DNA of 55,480 nt, from positions 1-55,480 of the forward strand of contig JAZQHZ010000293.1 in the NCBI GenBank assembly GCA_045540855.1, given 5' to 3'. A program made the position numbers and the translations under genes. The notes beneath the pieces are model-generated. The model ran no database searches. It saw only the letters and a program-made list of their open reading frames with translations, and was not told the DNA's origin. Shown here piece after piece: positions 47,642 through 55,480 of the stretch; positions within the stretch are counted from its first letter, which is position 1, and every line of letters begins with the position of its first letter. Source of the stretch: Clostridia bacterium. Its GTDB lineage: Bacteria > Bacillota > Clostridia > UBA1381.

Positions 47642-50209
47642 TTACACCTCAAACGGTACTCCTACCGGCTCCTGTCCGGTTGACATTACCATAACCTTCG
47701 CATAAAGGTTTCCACTTGCGTTTTCCGGAAGATGCATCTTTGTATACAGCTCAAAGCTTTCGCCCACTCTCTGCACTGCATCAACACGTACTGTCTGAAC
47801 AGATACCATATGTCCTGTTTCAAAATCATGTATTGCTACAACAAGCATTGCTCCGTTGCCGTTTAATGCTGTTCTCTTTAAGTCCGCCTTCACATACACC
47901 GGCTTATTTGACTCAAACACTGCAAGAGGGCTTCCTGTTTCATCATACATCTTTACGTCTGAGATAATCTCAAACTCGTGCATTGCCCCTGTTTCGCCCG
48001 CATTACCTGTCTGAATAACCTTATGCTTATTTATACCTGCTGCATCCTCATATGTAACTGCTACATAACCTATTCCTGTTCCTGCAGCATACATCATATC
48101 ATTTACAGTAGCTGCACCGAATGCCTGTGCACTTACTTTACCTGATACTGCTCCTGTTGTGCCGTCAGCACTTTCACCTAAAACCTCTATTCTGCCATTA
48201 TCATCACAGTTTAATGCTATATCTGTATATGATTTAATCGGATATATATTTATATTATCAATGTAAACCACATTCTGCGACATACTTAATACTGTTCCAC
48301 CGCTCGCTGATATGCCGGCTTCATCCATTGCACTTATTTCTGTTTCATAGCTTGCCATTTTTGTGTCATTGTTTCTTCTGATAAGCTCAGTTGAAATCAT
48401 ATTGCCGCTTATTGTACTTCTCTGTGTGTACCAATACTGCTGCATTGCACTACCCTGTAAGCTTGTACCGCTAAAGCCTGTATAGTACCACTTACTCAAA
48501 TCATTACTCGGTCCGTATGCCACTGTAATCTGTCGGTTATTTGTAGCTGAGGCAAGCGTTGTATCAACCATATGAGTTTCGCTGTTATACTTCATAACAG
48601 GCACATATCCCACCTTGTATCCGGCATTATTCTTTCCTGCACGAAGCGTTGTACCAATGAATGATGCACTGCTTCCCTTAGGTGTCGGACAATAGAAGTC
48701 ATATTCAAGAATATAGTCAACTAAATCTGTTGGACCGAATACCGATGATGAAGCCTGAATATTATTGAAAAGAAGTGCGTTGCTTGTTGTGCCGTCATTA
48801 TCATTTGATATGCTCACTACACTGATATTTGCATTGCCGTTTGAATATGCTTCCGTAAGCTCTGTGGCATCACCCTCGAAATCCTCTGTGAATACTGCTT
48901 CGTCAGCCTTTTCACTTAAAACCTCAGTCTCATCATTCACCGCAATCGGGATTACAACATTCTGTCCGTCATAGCTTGCATTTACTATACATAAGCCCGC
49001 CTCCGAGGGATAAAGCTTTCCGTCACTGTAGCTTGCACCTTCAAAGGTAACGCTGTCAGTAATATCATTTTCGCCAAAATATGCCTTTACCTCTGCACCC
49101 TCGCCTAATGTAATGTTCGGCTCTGCTACTAATACCTCAAGCTTTTCAGTAACTTCCTTACCCTCAATTGTGAACTCTGATACAAGGCTTGCGTCACTGT
49201 TCATATCATCAAGGTAAACCTTAACTGTGTGAGCACCCGTCTTAAGCGGTGCAACAGTGCCATTTGCAAAATCAATATTCAATGCAGTATTATCATACTC
49301 ATATCTTGCAACGTCACTCTCTATTACTGTATCTCCACTTGTAATTGTAAATTCTGTACTCTCACCAAGTGCTACAACCTGTGATGCTGTTGTTACAGAC
49401 ATTTCAGAAATTTCTATCGGTGACATAATCTTTAAATTATCAACCAGATAAACTCCGCTGTGTGCCTGAAGCTGTGTAAATCCTGCTCCGCTTTCGCTTA
49501 CCGGAGTAACCTCAGCTGATAAGCTCTTAATATTCTCGCCTGCAGTTGTTTTTACCGTATTGGTAAGCTTGTTGCCTATGAGCGAAGCCTCCATTCTGTA
49601 ATATTTACCGCAAAAGTTTCTTTCATTTGCCTTAGCCTGCGAATCAGTGAAAATACATTCCCTCTCAAGAATACCTAACTCATCTGACATTGCATCAAAC
49701 GAAGTAAACTTTGCATAGTCCGCACCCTTTGTTGATACGATACCTATTCTGTCACGTACGAGCTTGCCCGATGCATCATAGACATTGGTTTCTTCATTTA
49801 TAGTCAGTGCGTCATAATATGTTGCCATATTGCTGAAATATGCTCCGCCGCCCTGTCTTGCCGCACGTAATCCTATTCCGAAATATGCTGCTTTTGAACC
49901 GTTTGCACGTATTTGCTTTACATCTGCTTTTACAATCGCATCTGTATATTCCGGTCCGAATTTATTATAGCCGTATGCACTATAACCGTTTACCTTCAAT
50001 GCCTTATTGCCAAGGTCATCCTCTACAACAAAAGAAAATGCAGAATTATTTCCTATCTCCGTAAAAATCTCTTCATCCACTTCACCTTCAAAATCCTGCT
50101 CATAAATAACAGTTCCCGGAACTGTGATGACAGAGTCTGCCATAACAGGAACTGCACCAGAGCTTAAAAGTGATAACAACGTGATAATGCTTGTTAATTT
50201 CTTTCTCAT
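47642..50209 (-). CDS. Secreted 855-aa protein with two FGPE/SRDR-type LamG-like modules, Ig-like modules and a C-terminal beta-sandwich (no catalytic family recognised)
   Basis: ORF track. Signal peptide MRKKLTSIITLLSLLSSGAVPVMA. The N-module VITVPGTVIYEQDFEGEVDEE...KFGPEYTDAIVKADVKQ is paralogous to both halves of 50634..52868. Confidence 0.8.
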   Translation of the reverse strand: MRKKLTSIITLLSLLSSGAVPVMADSVITVPGTVIYEQDFEGEVDEEIFTEIGNNSAFSFVVEDDLGNKALKVNGYSAYGYNKFGPEYTDAIVKADVKQIRANGSKAAYFGIGLRAARQGGGAYFSNMATYYDALTINEETNVYDASGKLVRDRIGIVSTKGADYAKFTSFDAMSDELGILERECIFTDSQAKANERNFCGKYYRMEASLIGNKLTNTVKTTAGENIKSLSAEVTPVSESGAGFTQLQAHSGVYLVDNLKIMSPIEISEMSVTTASQVVALGESTEFTITSGDTVIESDVARYEYDNTALNIDFANGTVAPLKTGAHTVKVYLDDMNSDASLVSEFTIEGKEVTEKLEVLVAEPNITLGEGAEVKAYFGENDITDSVTFEGASYSDGKLYPSEAGLCIVNASYDGQNVVIPIAVNDETEVLSEKADEAVFTEDFEGDATELTEAYSNGNANISVVSISNDNDGTTSNALLFNNIQASSSVFGPTDLVDYILEYDFYCPTPKGSSASFIGTTLRAGKNNAGYKVGYVPVMKYNSETHMVDTTLASATNNRQITVAYGPSNDLSKWYYTGFSGTSLQGSAMQQYWYTQRSTISGNMISTELIRRNNDTKMASYETEISAMDEAGISASGGTVLSMSQNVVYIDNINIYPIKSYTDIALNCDDNGRIEVLGESADGTTGAVSGKVSAQAFGAATVNDMMYAAGTGIGYVAVTYEDAAGINKHKVIQTGNAGETGAMHEFEIISDVKMYDETGSPLAVFESNKPVYVKADLKRTALNGNGAMLVVAIHDFETGHMVSVQTVRVDAVQRVGESFELYTKMHLPENASGNLYAKVMVMSTGQEPVGVPFEV

Positions 50210-50266
50210 ACTATTTCCCTTTCTATGTGTTTATTTTGTCGGTGTTTCTCACCTGATTTATATCTA

Positions 50267-50295
50267 TATTTTAACATAAAAAATGCCTTAATTCA
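50267..50295 (-). promoter_or_regulatory. Predicted sigma-A promoter of the long module-2 operon
   Basis: Minus strand: TTGAAT (50295-50290), a 17-nt spacer ending in TGt, then TAAAAT (50272-50267). It lies ~55 nt upstream of the ATG at 50209 and immediately downstream of the terminator at 50384-50429. Confidence 0.5.
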
Positions 50296-50383
50296 AGCGA
50301 TTGTCAAAAATGAACCCTCTACAACAAAAAAGTATCATTTTTCCTGTGAGCCGCATAAAAACGGCATTTTTTCATCCTTTTTT

Positions 50384-50429
50384 CAACAAAAAATCAGCAC
50401 ACATTCCGGTTTAGGGAATGTGTGCTGAT
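50384..50429 (-). terminator. Rho-independent terminator
   Basis: Perfect 15-bp stem atcagcacacattcc (50393-50407) / ggaatgtgtgctgat (50415-50429) with a 7-nt loop. On the minus strand it is followed by TTTTTTGTTG. Confidence 0.85.
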
Positions 50430-50440
50430 TTATATCAGCT

Positions 50441-50614
50441 TTATAATGTAATCTTGATAACTTTACTGGAAATTAAAGTTTTTCCGTCAAGGGTTACTCC
50501 GCCTTCTGCCGCTGTAACGGCATCAACAGCCTTGTCAACCGCACCTGACATTGTTACAATGTTTGTAAAATTAAATTCTTCAATTTTCATTATCGGATTT
50601 TCAAATTTTTTCAT
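50441..50614 (-). CDS. Unannotated small ORF, 57 aa, function unknown
   Basis: Below the ORF-track length cutoff. The ATG at 50614 is preceded by GGAGGAATAAAGCA (a strong SD with ~8-nt spacing), and the ORF sits 19 nt after the upstream stop. My translation: MKKFENPIMKIEEFNFTNIVTMSGAVDKAVDAVTAAEGGVTLDGKTLISSKVIKITL. TAA at 50443-50441, followed 11 nt later by the strong terminator. Confidence 0.6.
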   Translation of the reverse strand: MKKFENPIMKIEEFNFTNIVTMSGAVDKAVDAVTAAEGGVTLDGKTLISSKVIKITL

Positions 50615-50633
50615 TGCTTTATTCCTCCTCTGA

Positions 50634-52868
50634 TTACTTCAATGTAACGCTGTCAATATCAGCATTTGAAATGATATAGAATACTACATCACTTGCACCT
50701 GAAACCTGTGACGGTAATACAACCTCTGCAGCATTCTCGCCTGCCGCTACATCTGCCTTTGTATATGTTGCTACGTTGTTTGCATTTAATGTAACCTTAA
50801 CACCGTATACAACCTCGCCATCAACTGTGAGAGTGTTATCTTCAGCTGAAGCTACCATATTTTCAAGTGTTGATTCCCATCTGATGTCCTTATCAAGTGT
50901 TACTGTCGGCTCTGCCGGTACAACCGGAGCTTCTTCAACACTTACTGTAAATGTTGTGCTGAGACTATTTGTGCTGAATAAATCGTCAAGGTATACTGTT
51001 ACAGTATGATCACCAGCCTTGAGCGGTGTAACTGTACCTTTTTCTGCATCTACTGTTAATGCACTGTCATCATAAACATATCTTGCAATTGCTGTATCAA
51101 TATCCAAAGCTCCGCTTGCAAGTGCGAAATCAACTGCTGTGCCGATTTCTTCTGCCTTATCAGCTGATGCTGTAAATTCTGCAATCTTGGCAATTTCTCT
51201 TATTTCAATATTATCCACCAAATAATTACCACTGTGTGCACGGAGAGTGGTTGTTCCTGCACCGTCTGTTGTCGGCGTTATTGTTGCACTGATACTGTCA
51301 AGTACATTTCCGTTTGCATCGCTTATAGAATTATACATCGTTGAGCCTGCAATTGCAGCCGTCATTGTGTAATAATCGCTGAACTTACGTCCGTTTGTTA
51401 TCAATGCTCCTGTTTCATCGGCTGTCATTGCGCTTATTGTAAGCTTTGAAGCATTTGCACTGGCTCCTGTTGCTATTGCAAGTCTGTCTCTTGAAGTAAC
51501 GGCTGAGCCATATGTATAGTCTGTTTCACTTACGTGCTTGTAGATATCAAAATAAGCTGCTATATTACTGTTATAAGAGTTTGACTTGAAATATGTTCTT
51601 GTACCTATACCGAAGTATGCCGCACCGTTTCCGTTCGCAGTTGTCTGCTTTACATCTGCTGTTATAACTGCATCGGTATATTCCGGTCCGAAATTATTTA
51701 AACCAAGTGCACTCGTTCCTGTTATCTGCAATGCCTTATTTCCGTCATCCTCAGTTACAACCTCTAAACCAAAGCTTCCGCTTGTACCGATTGCTGTTGT
51801 CATTGCTTCTTCAACTGTACCCTCGAAGTCCTGAGTATAAAGTGTCTTAGCCGGAATAGTTATTTTTAATACATCAACCGCATTTACAGTAAACGAAGCA
51901 CTAAGGCTCGCATCACTCATCATATCATCAAGATATACCTTTACAGTATGTGTACCTCCCTTAAGCGGAGTAACTGTTCCGTTTTTGGCATTAATTGACA
52001 ATGCAGTAGTGTCATATTCATATCTTGCAGCTGCCGGTGATAACTCTATATTTCCGCTCTTCAGAACAATATCTGTACTGTTGTCAACAAGAACTGAATC
52101 ACTGGCCGTAGCTGCTGTAAATGATGAAATATTTGCAATCTCACGAATCTCAATATTGTCAACAAAAACTGTGGGACCATGTGCACGGAGAGTGGTTGTT
52201 CCTGCACCGTCTGTTGTCGGTGTTATTGTTGCACTGATACTGTCAAGTACATTTCCGTTTGCATCACTTATGGAATTATACATCTTTGAGCCTGCAATTG
52301 TAGCCGTCATTGTGTAATAATCACTGAACTTACGTCCGCTTGTTATTAACGCACCTGTTGCATTTGCTGACAGTGCATCAACTGACGTAAATGCAGTGCC
52401 CATCGCACTTGAGCCTGTTGCAATAGCAAGTTTATCTCTGTGTGTTGTTCCTGATGCGTCCTTATGAATATCAAAGAATGTTGCGATATTGCTGTGATAA
52501 GCACTTGACTTATAAAGTGTTCTTGCACCTATACCAAAATACGCAACACTGTTTCCGCTTGCTGCTGTCTGCTTAACGTCTGCTGTGATAATTGCATCCG
52601 TATATTCCGGTCCGAAATTAAGAAGACCGTATGCACCTGTTCCCATAATCTTCAATGCCTTGTTTCCGTCGTCCTCAGTTTCAACGCTCAAAGCAAATGC
52701 TGAATTTGCACCGATTTTTGTTGTAAACGCATCCTCAACTGTGCCCTCGAAATTCTGCTCATAGATAACCTCGCCCGGAACTATGATTTCATCGGCTGCC
52801 ATAACAGGTACAATACCTGTCAAGCCCATTGAAAGAGCCATTGCCATACTTAAAATTTTCTTTTTCAT
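50634..52868 (-). CDS. Secreted 744-aa protein built from an internal tandem duplication of [FGPE/SRDR-type LamG-like module plus Ig-like module], with a C-terminal beta-sandwich
   Basis: ORF track. Signal peptide MKKKILSMAMALSMGLTGIVPVMA. The two ~320-aa halves align throughout (e.g. NFGPEYTDAIITADVKQT / NFGPEYTDAVITADVKQT). Confidence 0.8.
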   Translation of the reverse strand: MKKKILSMAMALSMGLTGIVPVMAADEIIVPGEVIYEQNFEGTVEDAFTTKIGANSAFALSVETEDDGNKALKIMGTGAYGLLNFGPEYTDAIITADVKQTAASGNSVAYFGIGARTLYKSSAYHSNIATFFDIHKDASGTTHRDKLAIATGSSAMGTAFTSVDALSANATGALITSGRKFSDYYTMTATIAGSKMYNSISDANGNVLDSISATITPTTDGAGTTTLRAHGPTVFVDNIEIREIANISSFTAATASDSVLVDNSTDIVLKSGNIELSPAAARYEYDTTALSINAKNGTVTPLKGGTHTVKVYLDDMMSDASLSASFTVNAVDVLKITIPAKTLYTQDFEGTVEEAMTTAIGTSGSFGLEVVTEDDGNKALQITGTSALGLNNFGPEYTDAVITADVKQTTANGNGAAYFGIGTRTYFKSNSYNSNIAAYFDIYKHVSETDYTYGSAVTSRDRLAIATGASANASKLTISAMTADETGALITNGRKFSDYYTMTAAIAGSTMYNSISDANGNVLDSISATITPTTDGAGTTTLRAHSGNYLVDNIEIREIAKIAEFTASADKAEEIGTAVDFALASGALDIDTAIARYVYDDSALTVDAEKGTVTPLKAGDHTVTVYLDDLFSTNSLSTTFTVSVEEAPVVPAEPTVTLDKDIRWESTLENMVASAEDNTLTVDGEVVYGVKVTLNANNVATYTKADVAAGENAAEVVLPSQVSGASDVVFYIISNADIDSVTLK
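51236..51393 (-). repeat. Copy B of a 158-nt near-identical intragenic repeat
   Basis: I count 6 mismatches in 158 nt against 52181-52338. The offset is exactly 945 nt (315 codons). Confidence 0.85.
52181..52338 (-). repeat. Copy A of a 158-nt near-identical intragenic repeat
   Basis: See 51236-51393. It encodes GRKFSDYYTMTA.IAGS.MYNSISDANGNVLDSISATITPTTDGAGTTTLRAH. Confidence 0.85.
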
Positions 52869-52895
52869 AACTTTTTTTCCTTTCTTTTCCTCACC

Positions 52896-55480
52896 TTAGT
52901 AAGACTGAGATGTTATTGGGTTAATATTATTAACATCTTCCCATAAAAGTGCTTTTATCTTTGCACCTGAATATTCAGCCACCTCCTTATCCGTTCTTCT
53001 TTCCACGGACTTCATTCGTCCATTACTGTCATATATTGCTACAAAAAGCTGTCCCTCATCTGCCATAGGCATAACCTTATAAGAATCAAGGCCCTTTTTG
53101 TAAACATTAACATAGTTATCACACGGAGTTACAAATCCGTTATAGCTTACACTGTCAGTTCCCCATTCTGAGCCGACATAGCCGTTACCGCTTTCATAAA
53201 CCTGCACTTCGCCATTTTTAAGGAACTGCTCGGCTTCATAATCAAGCATAAGCTCGTCACCTGCAATATTTGTATATATAAGCTTGCCGTCACTGTATTC
53301 CAATTCAAGCGACAGTATTTTCTCAACAAAGCTCAGAAAATCTCCGATTTCCTCTTCACTGTACGTCTCCGCCACAAATGCGATATCTGTTGAATTTATC
53401 TTTATCTCAAGCTGTGAAAGCGGAGTTTTTGCGAACAATTCCTCATCCTTTCCCCACTCATATGCACATTCCTTGTCAGGTGCATTAAGGTCTATCGGCT
53501 TAATCGCCGCATATGCAGTACCTTTTCTCACTATTATCCAGCCCTGCTCTTCAATTACCTCGTCAAATTCGCTTTTATTGAGATAGAAATGCGAGAACTG
53601 CGGAAGGTTTTTATCTGTGATATGCCTTATTCCAAGCACTGTATGCTCATACTGACCGTATCTTGCACAGTGACATCCGTGGTCACCCGCAAAATAGCTG
53701 TGTGCACCGTTAAGTTGGGTATATTCACCGCCCGGATGCGAGTCAATAATATTCAGCTTCGGGTTTCCGCCTATGTTGATGCTGAATCCAAGTGACTGGA
53801 AATCAGGCAATATGCGTGTTGCTGACGAATATGTTCCCGTATCAGCATAATATTTATCGCCTTTTTTATAGCTCACCTCCGGAAGATTATCACTTTCAAC
53901 CAGAGAGCCGATTATATACTCAGGTGTTACGTATGAATACTTTGTAACACTTCCCATAAGCACCGGGTCATCAGGAATTGTATACATTCTGCGCTTTTCA
54001 ATATTAACATAGCTTGCCGTTGAATCAGCTTTAAGCTCCATAAGACTTTGCTGCGGAGCAAACTCCGAATACACCAGTGGCAATGACTGCAGTGCATAAA
54101 ATTTATCCGGTTTAATATAGTCATTGAATAATATATTAAGTGCCGGCATCTTGCACGATTCAAGAGTGTTTATATACGTTCTGCTTAGTGCCCCGCCCAT
54201 TACTGAATGATTGGAATCCATTGCGGCATCAGCATAAAGATACATTAGCATTTCATATACCTTTCGCTTAAGCTCGGTATCCTTGGTATACGTATATATT
54301 GTCTCAAGTGCCGCAAAATCTATTGTGTAATATCCCGGCGAATCGTATTCACCCATTCCGTATTTCAATCGGAAATCTATCCAGTCAAGGATATATTTTT
54401 TATACAGATCCTTGTTTTCCTGTGCATTAAGCCCGTTAAAGAACACCTCATCGCTATACTGCTCAAATGCCGCAATCGCTATTGCATAATAGGTCATACG
54501 GTGGTTTTCACTGAGTATCTCTTCCGGGTCTGACAAATCAAGATTTAAAAAATATTTGTCAATCCTGTTCCTTAAATCCTCTGAAATATTGAGATTTTCA
54601 TTACTCCTAAGCAGTATCAAATCAATGGCTATAAAGTCCTCAGCTCCCACACTGCCACGTGTAGCAAACACTGTTTCCTCAGCCATAGTTAAAAACAAAT
54701 CAATAACCTCATCGTGATTCTGTGAGGTCGGGTACAGATACGGTACACTCAAAAGCTCAAAAAGCCTTGAATAGCTTACTGTACTCTTATTGAAGCCTGT
54801 GTTGTTCAGAGTATAATATCCCGAATATGCCGTTTCCTGTCTGCGTTTGTACAGTGTTTCCGACAAATATTCACCCTTCGTCATACCCTTGTTATCAACC
54901 TTGATTTCAATTGCGCAGTCAAACCCTTTATATGTAAAAGTTACAGTTGAATCACCGTAAAAATATCCATATCCGTTTGAAAGCTCCTTGTAATCGCCGT
55001 CAATCGTGTATGTAACCAACTCTGCACTCACCGGATTAGCACGTGTATTACTGCTGTAAAGTGCCACAAGACCTGCTCTATCTATGAAATTATACGGCTC
55101 ATACGAGCTTATGGTATGAATTTCTTTCTGTGCAATAAGACTTGTCATCGTCGCACCGCGATTCTGAATTTCACTGATTTTCACATCATCTATCAGTATT
55201 TCGCATCCTTCTGCACGAAATCGCAGGGCACCCGGTTGCAGAACTGCATCTGCACAGGTGATTTTGCCATTAAGATCAAACATAGCCTTTTGTCCGACGG
55301 TTACAATTTTAAACGTATTCCAACCCTCGTTTATAACAACATCCTCACCTACGGTTCTATCAATCACAGTAAAGCCTCTGTTCAAATCAACTGAAAACAG
55401 ATTATGGTGCATACCGCCAAAATACGCTTCATTTTCGGTGGATGATTGCGTTGAAATCTCAAATATGGCATTCTCCTGTG
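52896..55480 (-). CDS. Third family-X (alpha/alpha plus beta-sandwich lyase/hydrolase-like) protein, N-terminus cut by the window edge
   Basis: The ORF track starts at an internal ATG (55412). I translated 55413-55480 in the same frame (..QENAIFEISTQSSTENEAYFGG-MHHN..) and found no stop, so the gene continues upstream of the window. Motifs: LSENHRMTYYAIAIAAFEQYSD, FRLKYGMGEYDSPGYYTIDFAALETI, GGALSRTYIN, YEHTVLGIRHITD. Confidence 0.75.
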   Translation of the reverse strand, partial: QENAIFEISTQSSTENEAYFGGMHHNLFSVDLNRGFTVIDRTVGEDVVINEGWNTFKIVTVGQKAMFDLNGKITCADAVLQPGALRFRAEGCEILIDDVKISEIQNRGATMTSLIAQKEIHTISSYEPYNFIDRAGLVALYSSNTRANPVSAELVTYTIDGDYKELSNGYGYFYGDSTVTFTYKGFDCAIEIKVDNKGMTKGEYLSETLYKRRQETAYSGYYTLNNTGFNKSTVSYSRLFELLSVPYLYPTSQNHDEVIDLFLTMAEETVFATRGSVGAEDFIAIDLILLRSNENLNISEDLRNRIDKYFLNLDLSDPEEILSENHRMTYYAIAIAAFEQYSDEVFFNGLNAQENKDLYKKYILDWIDFRLKYGMGEYDSPGYYTIDFAALETIYTYTKDTELKRKVYEMLMYLYADAAMDSNHSVMGGALSRTYINTLESCKMPALNILFNDYIKPDKFYALQSLPLVYSEFAPQQSLMELKADSTASYVNIEKRRMYTIPDDPVLMGSVTKYSYVTPEYIIGSLVESDNLPEVSYKKGDKYYADTGTYSSATRILPDFQSLGFSINIGGNPKLNIIDSHPGGEYTQLNGAHSYFAGDHGCHCARYGQYEHTVLGIRHITDKNLPQFSHFYLNKSEFDEVIEEQGWIIVRKGTAYAAIKPIDLNAPDKECAYEWGKDEELFAKTPLSQLEIKINSTDIAFVAETYSEEEIGDFLSFVEKILSLELEYSDGKLIYTNIAGDELMLDYEAEQFLKNGEVQVYESGNGYVGSEWGTDSVSYNGFVTPCDNYVNVYKKGLDSYKVMPMADEGQLFVAIYDSNGRMKSVERRTDKEVAEYSGAKIKALLWEDVNNINPITSQSY

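Noticed and set aside
50418-50633. Plus-strand 71-aa ORF overlapping the small minus-strand ORF (also 50225..50428, plus strand)
   Set aside because: It starts inside the terminator stem, has no usable RBS, gives a hydrophobic low-complexity product and runs opposite to all neighbours. The minus-strand 57-aa ORF has a consensus RBS and a terminator.
1-55480. CRISPR arrays, tRNA/rRNA genes, transposases/integrases, phage genes, defence systems, dockerin/cohesin modules, LPXTG sorting signals
   Set aside because: I looked for each of these and found none. The only repeats are intragenic domain duplications, and no ORF has recombinase-like, nuclease-like or DxNxDG dockerin-type motifs.

Overview
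This AT-rich 55.5-kb window is essentially one giant Gram-positive polysaccharide-utilisation locus. A Clostridia-like origin is my inference from SLH domains, LplABC-type importers and codon bias. I call 27 CDS, 25 of them on the minus strand, and I saw no rRNA, tRNA, CRISPR array or transposase.

Two architecturally mirrored modules flank a central cassette. Each module carries:
- two CUT1-type ABC permeases and a ~500-aa lipoprotein solute-binding protein;
- a ~750-aa membrane-spanning AraC one-component sensor;
- a trio of paralogous alpha/alpha-toroid lyase-like enzymes, with both secreted and signal-peptide-less members;
- giant (700-1500 aa) secreted LamG/Ig multidomain proteins.

Module 1 (nt 1-21,600) has an alginate-lyase-fold trio with a QNH motif and a SASA-type esterase fusion. 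Module 2 (nt 26,400-55,480) has an uncharacterised trio with the motifs SENH[RK]...EYDS...GHQE, two SLH-anchored surface proteins and a cytoplasmic GH88/GH105 unsaturated-uronyl hydrolase.

Between the modules (nt 22,146-26,358) lies a divergently transcribed corrinoid-dependent methyltransferase cassette. It encodes two URO-D/MtaA-family methyltransferases, a DxHxxG corrinoid protein and a PocR-AraC regulator. This is the most unusual element. I propose it is an anaerobic, B12-dependent sugar O-demethylase coupled to glycan breakdown.

Other points:
- an ORF-track-invisible 57-aa ORF with a strong RBS and terminator;
- two edge-truncated genes missing from the track;
- a recent intragenic duplication or gene-conversion tract;
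- a ~230-aa domain recurring 7 times in 4 proteins;
- predicted promoters, terminators and hairpins.

All domain calls are by-eye motif recognition. No database search or computation was run.
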